DNA of 25,546 nt. It comes from Acidobacteriota bacterium. Lineage in GTDB: Bacteria > Acidobacteriota > UBA6911 > JACQSX01. Made by a program: the position numbers and the translations under genes. The stretch is from contig DASXQR010000162.1 of assembly GCA_036507075.1 (NCBI GenBank), positions 1-25,546 on the forward strand. The letters are read 5' to 3'. The notes below the pieces were generated by a model. That model saw only the letters and a list, made by a program, of their open reading frames with translations, was not told the DNA's origin and did not search any database. Numbering within the stretch: position 1 is the stretch's first letter; each line of letters starts with the position of its first letter. Positions 1 to 7,770 of the stretch are shown in pieces.

Positions 1-29
1 TCCATCGTCGACCTCTCTGCCCAGGGCAT
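1..29 (-). CDS. IS481-family transposase, N-terminal fragment (truncated by the window edge)
   Basis: Minus strand reads GAGGAG-atcacagg-ATG CCC TGG GCA GAG AGG TCG ACG ATG = MPWAERSTM, matching the MPW.E.S.M N-terminus common to IS481 transposases. Only 9 codons are visible. Confidence 0.65.
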
Positions 30-122
30 CCTGTGATCTCCTCAAAGACCCCATTCTGCCCTGTTCAATTGTGTCAACGATGTTGTGAGGTTAAAGTGTC
101 AACGATGTTGTGAGGTTGTACC
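1..122 (-). mobile_element. Left end of an IS481-family insertion sequence (continues off the window)
   Basis: Perfect 22-bp direct repeat gtgtcaacgatgttgtgaggtt at 71-92 and 96-117, ending in ...gttgtacc at 122. Repeated subterminal boxes like this are typical of IS481 ends. Inside lie an RBS and the ORF start MPW... Confidence 0.75.
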
Positions 123-185
123 CTGACAACGGACAACTGACCACGGACAACCGACTAGGAACAACGGACAACTGACAACGGAGGA
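123..185. repeat. Heptamer tandem array (CTGACAA/CGGACAA), about 9 units
   Basis: ctgacaa cggacaa ctgacca cggacaa ccgacta ggaacaa cggacaa ctgacaa cggagga. It is the reverse complement of the unit at 7607-7686. Confidence 0.9.
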
Positions 186-197
186 ACGGACCCTGGA

Positions 198-587
198 TTA
201 ATCCCCAACGATTGCTTCCACCTCAATCTCCACCAGCATATCGGGCGAAATCAGGCGTCGCACTTCAACCATGGTGGCGGCCGGGCGGATGTCTTTGAAG
301 AACTCCCCGTGCGCTTTGCCGACTTCTTTCCAATTGTCGATGTCGGTCACGTACATCCGCGTTCGAACCACGTCCTTCAAGCCGGCGCCGGCGGCGTGCA
401 GCGCCTTCTCTATTTTCTTGAATATTTCCACCGTCTGGCGGTAGGCATCCCCGACGGCCGTTACCTGGCCTTGTGCGTCAGTGGCCGTTGTTCCGGAGAC
501 ATGGACAACCGAGCCGACGCGCACGGCGCGCGAGTATCCGATCGTCGGTTCCCAGGGCGCCCCGGACGAAATGTTTTTCCGTTTCAT
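198..587 (-). CDS. RidA/YjgF/UK114 family protein
   Basis: Motifs [48 protein letters not shown]. Start moved to ATG 587 (MKRKNISSG) because the longer start at 635 lies in a repeat element. Confidence 0.93.
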   Translation of the reverse strand: MKRKNISSGAPWEPTIGYSRAVRVGSVVHVSGTTATDAQGQVTAVGDAYRQTVEIFKKIEKALHAAGAGLKDVVRTRMYVTDIDNWKEVGKAHGEFFKDIRPAATMVEVRRLISPDMLVEIEVEAIVGD

Positions 588-603
588 GAGCCGAAACCAG
601 AAG

Positions 604-688
604 CTGAAAAAATCACCACAAAGACACAAAGACACGAAGGGTACAAAGAGGCTTTGTGTTCTTCTTGTTTTTGTGGTGATTTTTCCAG
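604..688. repeat. Inverted-arm element, ACCACAAAGACACAAAG family
   Basis: Left arm ctgaaaaaatcaccacaaagacacaaagacacgaag; right arm ctttgtgttcttcttgtttttgtggtgatttttccag. Confidence 0.85.
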
Positions 689-710
689 GTTCTCATGCGC
701 GCGGCTCGAA

Positions 711-1829
711 TTATAGCCCCAGAATTCTTCCAATCAGCTCGATTCCGCTATTGATATCCTCTTCGGAGCCCGAGAACGACAGCCGCAGATATCCTTCGCT
801 GTAATGTCCGAAGGCAGAACCGGGCACGGTGATTACGCCACCGCTAAGCAGTTTTTCAGCAATATCAATCGATTTACCGAAACGGGAGATATCCAGCATT
901 ACATAGAAGCTTCCGCCCGGATTGGTGTAAGGGAGCCGGAGGCGCCTGCCTATCAATGCGCACATCAAGTCCCGCCGCTGCTGAAGCCGGCATCGCAGAT
1001 CCTCTTTTTGCTCGTCACCCTGCGGTGTGAATGCGGCAAGCGCCGCCCGCTGGCTCAACGTCGGCGCGCATGTGACCGTATAGGCATGGATCAGGCTGAC
1101 ACGCCGCAGAGCTTCCGCCGGGCCGATCACCCAGCCGAGTCGCCATCCTGTCATGCTGTAGGTCTTGGAAAATCCGGACACCACAATATGATCGCGCGTC
1201 ACATCCCAGAGCGACGCGGGGCGGGCATCAAAATAAATCTCGCGATAAATTTCATCGGATACCAGCAGGCAGTCGCTGTTGTTTGCCAGGTCCCCAAATT
1301 GGCGCAGCTCGTCAGGCGCCAGGACCTGCCCGGTAGGATTCGAGGGGCTGTTCAAGACAGCCATCCTTGCGCCATTCCAGGCTGCTTCCAGCGACCGAGC
1401 ATGCAAACGGAAGTTCGGCGGCGGCATGTCATATGTTTCCGCCATCCCGCCCACCATCTTCACCAGAGTAGGATAAGCAACGAATCCCGGATCCGGCAGC
1501 AGCACCTTGTCTCCGGGATTTACGAACGCATGCACGGCGGCATAAATTCCTTCCTGGGAGCCGGCCGTCACCAGCACGTTGTCGGCGGTTGCGCCCGCGT
1601 AAAGAGACGCGATCTTCTCACGCAGCTCCGGTAGACCCTGATTCAATGTGTAAGGAATCTTGTCGGATTTCAGGATCTGGGCGGCGCGCTCGCGGATCAC
1701 CTCGGGGGTGTAGAAATCCGGCTCTCCCATTCCCAGATTGATGCAGCCGGCGCCGCGATCGAAGAAGCTTCGAATGACGGAAGGTTGAATCGATGCAACG
1801 CGCCCTGCGGGCCGGTAACGATTCTTCAT
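711..1829 (-). CDS. PLP-dependent aminotransferase class I/II (AspC/DapC-like)
   Basis: Motifs NLGMGEPDF, GLPELRE, NSPSNPTG, SDEIY, GFSKTYSMTGWRLGW (PLP lysine), PGSAFG, LRLSF. Confidence 0.93.
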   Translation of the reverse strand: MKNRYRPAGRVASIQPSVIRSFFDRGAGCINLGMGEPDFYTPEVIRERAAQILKSDKIPYTLNQGLPELREKIASLYAGATADNVLVTAGSQEGIYAAVHAFVNPGDKVLLPDPGFVAYPTLVKMVGGMAETYDMPPPNFRLHARSLEAAWNGARMAVLNSPSNPTGQVLAPDELRQFGDLANNSDCLLVSDEIYREIYFDARPASLWDVTRDHIVVSGFSKTYSMTGWRLGWVIGPAEALRRVSLIHAYTVTCAPTLSQRAALAAFTPQGDEQKEDLRCRLQQRRDLMCALIGRRLRLPYTNPGGSFYVMLDISRFGKSIDIAEKLLSGGVITVPGSAFGHYSEGYLRLSFSGSEEDINSGIELIGRILGL

Positions 1830-1877
1830 TGAAGTCGAATCTTAACCGAGCGGAACGAAAATGGCGACTGTTCGGGG

Positions 1878-1980
1878 AGTTACGGGTTGGCGGATTGGCG
1901 AATTACAGGTTGGCGGGTTACGGGTTGGCGGGTTGGCGAATCACGGGTTGGCGAGTACGGGTTGGCGGGTTACGGGTTAT
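1878..1980. repeat. 7/8-bp tandem array (GGGTTAC/GGGTTGGC), unpaired arm
   Basis: gagttac gggttggc ggattggc gaattac aggttggc gggttac gggttggc gggttggc gaatcac gggttggc...; the same unit family appears paired at 20047-20137. Confidence 0.88.
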
Positions 1981-1989
1981 GGAGTGCGC

Positions 1990-2232
1990 TCACGATTCCG
2001 GAGAGGCGTTTCGTGTAACAAAGAGTTTCCACAGGAGAACGGCGATTGGACTGCGTCGGCCGTTTGCGCCGGAGGACAAGAAGGGAGGTTCTTGCCGATT
2101 CTGTGCGGGCCCGTGTGTGGCGCGAAGACGCAAAACCGATCGTCGTTCTATTTTCTCCCAATTTACTCGAACTCTATTTCCCGGCTGGTTGTCAGTTTTT
2201 CTTCCCATCGGATCTCTCTTTTCAGCAATCAT
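1990..2232 (-). CDS. Possible small hypothetical protein (80 aa, MIAEKRDPMGRK...)
   Basis: ATG at 2232 preceded by purine-rich GAAGGGAGAGGC; co-oriented with neighbours; no recognisable motif. Confidence 0.35.
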   Translation of the reverse strand: MIAEKRDPMGRKTDNQPGNRVRVNWEKIERRSVLRLRATHGPAQNRQEPPFLSSGANGRRSPIAVLLWKLFVTRNASPES

Positions 2233-2409
2233 GCCTCTCCCTTCGCAAATAAAAGGCCAATGGGGACGGAAGAGGGAACAGCGGGAAAGGCTTATTCTAG
2301 AAATGCTTACAGTCAAGAGCGGATAACACTGGTGTGACCGGGACAGTCGCGCCAGCTGTCAAGCACCCGCAGAGCCGCGACCGGAGAAACTATGAAGAAA
2401 TCAAAAACG

Positions 2410-2564
2410 GAACCGCCAAGTACGCCAAGAGCGCCAAGGCTCTAATGATTCTAATCCGGTCAAATCGTGCAATCGGTTCAAAAAAATAGTGGAAAGCCAA
2501 CATCTATCTCGATGCTACAGAACTAAAAGCAAACCCTTGGCGTTCTTTGCGGTCTTGGCGGTTC
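2410..2564. repeat. Inverted-arm element, GAACCGCCAAG-(nnCGCCAAG)n family, with AT-rich spacer
   Basis: Left arm gaaccgccaagtacgccaagagcgccaagg (2410-2439); right arm ccttggcgttctttgcggtcttggcggttc (2535-2564). Lies immediately downstream of the dapD stop. Confidence 0.88.
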
Positions 2565-2569
2565 ATTTT

Positions 2570-3400
2570 TCAGCGCAGATCCTTTTCCAGCCGAGTGGCC
2601 GAATCGGTTCGGTCGTCGCGGTATTTTACGATCAGGGGAGTGTAAACGGAGAGACCACGTGAAAACTCGTCATCACGAGACAAGGGGCGCGAACCGGGAA
2701 TAACCACAGCGTCTTCGGGAATGCTCAGCGGCTGGTGGTCTTCTTTGCGGTAGATTTTCCGGCGCACCAGATCATACACCGGAGTGCCGGAAGTCAGGAT
2801 CGTCCCGGCCGCCAGCACGGCGCCCCGGCGGACAATTGTGCCTTCATAAATGCCGCAGTTGCCGCCCACCAGCACGTCATCTTCAATGATGACGGGAAGC
2901 GCACCGATCGGTTCAATGACGCCTCCGATCTGAGCGGCGGCGCTGATATGCACGCGCTTGCCGATCTGGGCACAGGATCCGACCAGGGCATGCGAGTCGA
3001 CCATGGTTCCGTCGTCGACAAAGGCTCCTACATTAATATATGCGGGCGGCATGATGGTCACATTGCTGCCCAGATAGACTCCGGAGCGGATGCTGCTGCC
3101 GCCGGGCACAATGCGGATATTCTTTTCCACCCCCGGAACGCTGCGGGTCGGATAAGTGTCCTTGTCGAAAAACTGAAGCGGCGGCGGAGAACCGGCATCC
3201 TGGATCTTTCCGATTCTAAAACCAAGCAGGATCCCCTTCTTTACCCAGAAATTGACTTTCCACTCGGACCCCGCCCGTTCCGCGGCGCGAATAGCGCCGC
3301 TGTTGAGCGCCTCGATAAATCGATCGAAAGCCTCGCGCGCCCCCGATGTGGGATTGTCGTATTCGCTCTCGATGCGGGAAGCAAGTTCGGAAATATTCAT
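2570..3400 (-). CDS. dapD: 2,3,4,5-tetrahydropyridine-2,6-dicarboxylate N-succinyltransferase
   Basis: Motifs WKVNFWVKKGILLGFR, FFDK, RIVPG, MPPAYINVGAFVD, MVDSHALVGSCAQIG, QIGGVIEP; hexapeptide repeats. Confidence 0.96.
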   Translation of the reverse strand: MNISELASRIESEYDNPTSGAREAFDRFIEALNSGAIRAAERAGSEWKVNFWVKKGILLGFRIGKIQDAGSPPPLQFFDKDTYPTRSVPGVEKNIRIVPGGSSIRSGVYLGSNVTIMPPAYINVGAFVDDGTMVDSHALVGSCAQIGKRVHISAAAQIGGVIEPIGALPVIIEDDVLVGGNCGIYEGTIVRRGAVLAAGTILTSGTPVYDLVRRKIYRKEDHQPLSIPEDAVVIPGSRPLSRDDEFSRGLSVYTPLIVKYRDDRTDSATRLEKDLR

Positions 3401-3415
3401 TCAAGTTGCGTTAAG

Positions 3416-3471
3416 CTTTGTGTCCTTTGTGTCTTTGTGGTTAAGAAAGAAGAAACCACAAAGACACAAAG
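3416..3471. repeat. ACCACAAAGACACAAAG-family hairpin between dapA and dapD
   Basis: Perfect 18-bp inverted repeat ctttgtgtctttgtggtt (3425-3442) / aaccacaaagacacaaag (3454-3471) with an 11-nt loop. Confidence 0.9.
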
Positions 3472-3489
3472 TTCAGCATCCGCAAAGAT

Positions 3490-4374
3490 TTACTTTAATC
3501 CCACCCGCTTCAGGTTCTGGAGGAGCCGGGCCTTATTCTCTGACTGCATAGAGGCCAGCGGCAGCCGGAAATGCTCTTCGATCATTCCCATGGCGGCCAG
3601 CGCCGTTTTTACCGGGATGGGATTGGTCTCGACGAACAAATCCTGAATCAGATCCAGATACTGGCCCTGAAGTTTGCGCGCGCTGTCGAATTTGCCGGAG
3701 AGCGCCAGTTGAACCATCTTTCTCACGTCTGCCGGAGCGATGTTGCTCAGCACGGAGATGACCCCGTCGCCGCCGCATGCAATCAGAGACAGCGTGTACA
3801 AGTCATCGCCGCTCAACACGGAGAATCCGGCCGGCCGCCGGTGCAGCACTTCCAGCATCTGGGGCAGATTCCCCGATGCTTCCTTCACGCCTACGATGTT
3901 ATCGATCTTGGCAAGGCGCATCAGCGTCGAAGTGGACATGTTCACCGACGTCCGGCTCTGAATGTTATACACAACCATGGGGAGCGGCGCCGCGTCGGCA
4001 ATGGCGCGAAAGTGCCGATACTGGCCTTCCGGAGTAGGCTTGTTGTAATAAGGAACCACCTGCAGCGTTCCCTGCACTCCCATGCGATGCAGTTCGCGCG
4101 TCAGGGAGACCGAATGGGCGGTGTTGTTGCTGCCTGCGCCCACCAGCAGCGGCAGTTTCTGGTGCGATTCTTCCATACAGATTTCAACCACCCGGAAATA
4201 TTCCGGCTCTTCCAGGGAGGTGGCCTCGCCCGTGGTGCCCAGGGGCACCAGGAAATCCACTTTCGCTTTGATCTGAAAATGGACCAGCCTGCGCAGCGCC
4301 TCTTCGTCAAGTCCGCCGCTCTTTTTAAACGGCGTAACCAGCGCCGTGCCCAATCCGCGGAAAGGATGGTTCAT
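3490..4374 (-). CDS. dapA: 4-hydroxy-tetrahydrodipicolinate synthase
   Basis: Motifs TALVTPF, LGTTGE, GAGSNNT, VPYYNKP, VYNIQSRT, GVKEASG (Schiff-base Lys), LSGDD, ETNPIPVK. Confidence 0.97.
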   Translation of the reverse strand: MNHPFRGLGTALVTPFKKSGGLDEEALRRLVHFQIKAKVDFLVPLGTTGEATSLEEPEYFRVVEICMEESHQKLPLLVGAGSNNTAHSVSLTRELHRMGVQGTLQVVPYYNKPTPEGQYRHFRAIADAAPLPMVVYNIQSRTSVNMSTSTLMRLAKIDNIVGVKEASGNLPQMLEVLHRRPAGFSVLSGDDLYTLSLIACGGDGVISVLSNIAPADVRKMVQLALSGKFDSARKLQGQYLDLIQDLFVETNPIPVKTALAAMGMIEEHFRLPLASMQSENKARLLQNLKRVGLK

Positions 4375-4390
4375 AAAGTTAATTAAAATA

Positions 4391-4446
4391 CAAAAACGGA
4401 ACCGCTAAGAGCACAAAGAACGCCAAGGGTCTAATGGATCTAACCT
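4391..4446. repeat. Solo left arm of the GAACCGCCAAG-family element
   Basis: caaaaacggaaccgctaagagcacaaagaacgccaagggtctaatggatctaacc aligns with 2402-2456, including sequence beyond the arm; no right arm before dapB. Confidence 0.8.
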
Positions 4447-4519
4447 GTCTCACTTTACGCAAATAGTTTAAGATGTGGAGCAAGAGCACCATCGATTAGT
4501 CTTTCAATTTTCCAATCTT

Positions 4520-5188
4520 CTAATCCTTAAGCGTTTCTGCAAACGTGAACAAACCTTTTTTTCCGATTACCCATTGCGCAGCGTGAAGAGCGCCTTCGGC
4601 GAAGACTTGCCGGTCGCGAACTTCATGCTTCAGTGTAACGGTCTCAAACTGTGAATCAAACCCGACGACGTGCGTGCCCGGGAAGTTTCCGGCCCTAAGG
4701 CTGCTGATGGACACCTCCTTGCCGGAGAGCGGCTCCAGGCGCGCCTGCAGCTCGCGCGCGGTGCCGGAAGGCGCATCCTTTTTGGCGCTGTGGTGCGCTT
4801 CGAAGATGAACGGCGAAAATCCAGCGCCCGCGAAGAGTTTTCCAGCCTGCTCGCACAACTGGAAGACGAGATTCATGCCGATTGAAAAGTTGGAGCCGTA
4901 AACCATGCCGCAATCGGAGCGCCGTACCCACTCGCGCACCTCGTCCAGTCGCGAAGTCCAGCCCGTTGTTCCCACCACCAGATTTTTCTTCCAGGAAAGA
5001 ATGCGCTCGATGTTGCCCGGAGCGGCGTCGGGACGCGTGAACTCAATCACGACATCGGCGCGGGCAAGCGCGCCCTGATCAAGCGGCCGATCGGCGCCGC
5101 ATATGCACGAGATCTCCCAGTCGCGCGCGCGTGCGAGATGCTCAACGGCTCTCCCCATCTTTCCACGGCCTACCAGCGCGATCTTCAT
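4520..5188 (-). CDS. dapB: 4-hydroxy-tetrahydrodipicolinate reductase (short form)
   Basis: Motifs IALVGRGKMG, IEFTRP, VVGTTGW, NFSIG, EAHHSAKKDAPSGTA, PGTHVV, FAEGA. 4-bp overlap with lysC. Confidence 0.96.
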   Translation of the reverse strand: MKIALVGRGKMGRAVEHLARARDWEISCICGADRPLDQGALARADVVIEFTRPDAAPGNIERILSWKKNLVVGTTGWTSRLDEVREWVRRSDCGMVYGSNFSIGMNLVFQLCEQAGKLFAGAGFSPFIFEAHHSAKKDAPSGTARELQARLEPLSGKEVSISSLRAGNFPGTHVVGFDSQFETVTLKHEVRDRQVFAEGALHAAQWVIGKKGLFTFAETLKD

Positions 5189-6558
5189 TCGAATACGTCC
5201 GGATCCAGGTCCGAGAAAAAGCGCTCATGGAGCCGCCCGAGCGCTTCTTCCACTTTGTCTTCGTCGATCACAAAACTGAGATTAATCACGGATGCTCCCT
5301 GGCTCACCATGTGGATGTTGATCGAATCGACAGCAGAGAACGCCTGCGCCGCCACGCCGGGGGTGAATTTGATCTTGTCCCCCACAAGGCAGATGATGGC
5401 TTTGTCCTTTTCTACATTCACGCGGCCCAGAGCGCTCAAGTCGTCGGTGATTTCCTGCAGTTTCTCGGCGTCGTCCAGCGTCAAAGACACACTCACTTCC
5501 GAAGTCGTGACCATGTCGACGGACCTCTGATGACGCTCAAAAACTTCGAAAATCTTCTTCAGGAAACCGTAGGCCATGAACATCCGCGTAGAAGTGATGT
5601 TTACAATCACCACTCCCTTTTTATAAGCGATGGATTTGACCGAAGTCCGGCACGGGCCAGGCTGCGCCACGATGCGCGTGCCGGATCCGGCGGGATTACG
5701 CGAATCGAGAACCAGAACCGGTATGTCCTTTTCCACGGCCGGCAAGATGGTGCTGGGATGAAGCACGCGCGCGCCGAAATAAGCCAGCTCGGATGCCTCC
5801 GCAAAGGAAATGGTTCTGATTTTGCGCGCCCCGGGCACCAGCTTTGGATCCGTCGTCAGAATCCCGGCCACGTGGGTCCAGATCTGAATCTCCTCGGAAT
5901 CGAGGAGCGCGCCCACAATGGCGGCTGTATAATCCGATCCACCCCGGCCGAGAATGGTCGGCACGCCGCTGGCGTCCGAGCCAATAAATCCCTGAATCAC
6001 CGGAACCCGCCCCGCCTTCACGAGTGCGGGAACCACGGCCTGCAGATTGCTCCGGGTGGTTTCCATATCCGGGGCGGCGCGGTAAAACTCGCTGTTGGTG
6101 CGCACCAGTTGGCGCGCGTCCAGCAGCGTAGCAGGGATGCCTTTCTGCTCCAGGAGACTGGCAAAGATGAGCGTGGACAGCAGCTCGCCGAAGGACGCGA
6201 TGGCTGCCTGGCTTCGAGGTGAGCTTTCCTTCAAAATGCTGAGCGCCTCGAGAAGGCTCTGCAATTCAGCAAAGTATTTGTGAAGCTGGGCGGCGACCGC
6301 GGAGCCTTCAAAGGCTCGCAAGCACCGGACCGCCTCTACTTCGTGATGCCGCCGGATTTTCTGCAGCTCCTCGCTGGCGGCGGCCAGGTTTCCTTCCGAC
6401 GCGAGCCGTGTGCAGCGGACCAGTTGATCAGTGGTTTTTCCCATTGCCGACAAGACCACCACCGGACGCTGCGGCAAACGCTCGGCGACAATCCGCGCCA
6501 CGCGCTCCATGGCCTCGGCGTTTTCCACCGACAGGCCGCCGAATTTCATCACGATCAT
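5185..6558 (-). CDS. lysC: Aspartate kinase (lysine-sensitive AKIII-like, two ACT domains)
   Basis: Motifs MKFGG, VLSAMGKTTD, FGELLST, GFIG, LGRGGSDYTA, EASELAYFGARVLHP, TTSEVSVSLT, MVSQGASVINLSFV. Confidence 0.96.
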   Translation of the reverse strand: MIVMKFGGLSVENAEAMERVARIVAERLPQRPVVVLSAMGKTTDQLVRCTRLASEGNLAAASEELQKIRRHHEVEAVRCLRAFEGSAVAAQLHKYFAELQSLLEALSILKESSPRSQAAIASFGELLSTLIFASLLEQKGIPATLLDARQLVRTNSEFYRAAPDMETTRSNLQAVVPALVKAGRVPVIQGFIGSDASGVPTILGRGGSDYTAAIVGALLDSEEIQIWTHVAGILTTDPKLVPGARKIRTISFAEASELAYFGARVLHPSTILPAVEKDIPVLVLDSRNPAGSGTRIVAQPGPCRTSVKSIAYKKGVVIVNITSTRMFMAYGFLKKIFEVFERHQRSVDMVTTSEVSVSLTLDDAEKLQEITDDLSALGRVNVEKDKAIICLVGDKIKFTPGVAAQAFSAVDSINIHMVSQGASVINLSFVIDEDKVEEALGRLHERFFSDLDPDVFE

Positions 6559-7604
6559 GACAGGTAACCCTGCGCCTGCAGCAGTTCGGCGTTCAAGATT
6601 GCCGCGCCGGCGGCCCCGCGAATGGTGTTGTGCCCGAGAATCACCAGGCGCAGGTCAAGAATAGGGCAGGGGCGAATGCGACCGACAACAGTGCTCATTC
6701 CGCCGCCAGCCATCACATCGAGTCTCGGCTGCGGGCGATCTTTTTCCCTTCGCACCACGATGGGCCGGCACGGAGCGGAGGGAAGCTTCATCTGCTGCGG
6801 GAGCCCAGTGAAATTCTCCAGCAGGTGCGCGACCTCTTCCGGTGTCGCTTTCTGCTGCAGTTTGATGGAAAGGCATTCGGTATGGCCGTGCTCGACGGCG
6901 ACCCGGTTAGTTTGGGCGCTGATCACAAACGGGGCCAGCTCAATCCTGCCGTTTGTCAGCGATCCCAGAATTTTTCGCGGCTCTATTTCAACCTTCTCTT
7001 CTTCGCCGGAGATAAACGGAATGACGTTGCCCAGAATATCCCACGACGGAACACCCGGGTATCCGGCACCGGAAATCGCCTGCATCGTTGTCACAAAGAC
7101 CTTGTCGATTCCATAGCGGCGCTGGATGGGGCCCAGCGCCATTGCCAGAAACATGGTCGAGCAGTTCGAGTTGGTGACCACGCCGCCTTTCCAGCCCCGA
7201 TTCCTTCTCTGCGCAGGCAGCACCTGCAGGTGATCCGCGTTCAGTTCGGGAATCACCAGCGGAATGTCGGGCTCGAGACGGTGATTCCTGGAATTGCTCA
7301 CTACCAGATGGCCGGCGGCGGCAAAGCGCTGTTCAATCTCTCCGGCCACGGAAGCATCCAGTGCGGAAAAAGCAACCTGGAAATCCCCGCCCGGCTCGCA
7401 GGGCTCTACTTTCATGGCGGCAATCGCGGGCGGCAACTCGATCGGCTGCTTCCAGGAAGCTGCCTCAGCGTAGGTTTTACCGGTCGATCGCTCCGATGCC
7501 ATCAGCGCGCGGATCTGAAACCAGGGATGCTCGGCCAGCAAAGCAACGAATTGCTGGCCCACGGCTCCGGTTGCCCCCAGAATTGCGACATTGACTCGGT
7601 TCAT
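6555..7604 (-). CDS. asd: Aspartate-semialdehyde dehydrogenase (archaeal/fungal-type)
   Basis: Motifs ILGATGAVGQ, MASERS.GK.Y, NSNCST (catalytic Cys), QAISGAGYPG, EEEKVE, HGH, RPQPRLD, HNTIRGAAG. Confidence 0.97.
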   Translation of the reverse strand: MNRVNVAILGATGAVGQQFVALLAEHPWFQIRALMASERSTGKTYAEAASWKQPIELPPAIAAMKVEPCEPGGDFQVAFSALDASVAGEIEQRFAAAGHLVVSNSRNHRLEPDIPLVIPELNADHLQVLPAQRRNRGWKGGVVTNSNCSTMFLAMALGPIQRRYGIDKVFVTTMQAISGAGYPGVPSWDILGNVIPFISGEEEKVEIEPRKILGSLTNGRIELAPFVISAQTNRVAVEHGHTECLSIKLQQKATPEEVAHLLENFTGLPQQMKLPSAPCRPIVVRREKDRPQPRLDVMAGGGMSTVVGRIRPCPILDLRLVILGHNTIRGAAGAAILNAELLQAQGYLS

Positions 7605-7606
7605 CG

Positions 7607-7686
7607 TTGTCAGTTGTCAGTTGTCAGTTGTCCGTTGTAGTCCGTTGTCCGTTGTCAGTGGCCCGTTGTCAGTGGCTCGTTGTCAG
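7607..7686. repeat. Heptamer array TTGTCAG/TTGTCCG, about 11 units
   Basis: ttgtcag x3, ttgtccg, ...tagtccg ttgtccg ttgtcag tggcccg ttgtcag tggctcg ttgtcag; begins 3 nt from the asd ATG. Confidence 0.9.
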
Positions 7687-7700
7687 TGCTAGACAAATTC

Positions 7701-7770
7701 CTGCCTACTGCCCGCTGCCTGCTGCCTACTGCCTGCCGCCTGCTGCCCGCTGCCTGCTACCTACTGCCTA
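7701..7770. repeat. Heptamer array CTGCCTR/CTGCCCG, 10 units
   Basis: ctgccta ctgcccg ctgcctg ctgccta ctgcctg ccgcctg ctgcccg ctgcctg ctaccta ctgccta; overlaps the M20 gene stop codon. Confidence 0.9.

Noticed and set aside
71..117. CRISPR array from the 22-bp direct repeat
   Set aside because: Only two copies, 3 bp apart, with no spacer; better explained as IS481 terminal boxes.
588..635. Longer RidA N-terminus ([10 protein letters not shown]...)
   Set aside because: Reads through a repeat arm; family similarity starts at MKRKNISSG.
1793..2337. Plus-strand ORFs 1793-2326 and 1861-2337
   Set aside because: Periodic peptides (GLRVGG, GWRVT) arise from the tandem array; no domain signal.
2392..2445. 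17-aa plus-strand mini-ORF MKKSKTEPPSTPRAPRL with GGAG
   Set aside because: Mostly encoded by a repeat arm and antisense to its neighbours; not a lysine leader, since it lies downstream of the operon.
2735..7640. Long plus-strand ORFs antisense to dap genes (2735-3646, 3571-4386, 5131-6222, 6630-7640)
   Set aside because: Shadow ORFs expected in GC-rich coding DNA; the opposite strand carries clear enzymes.
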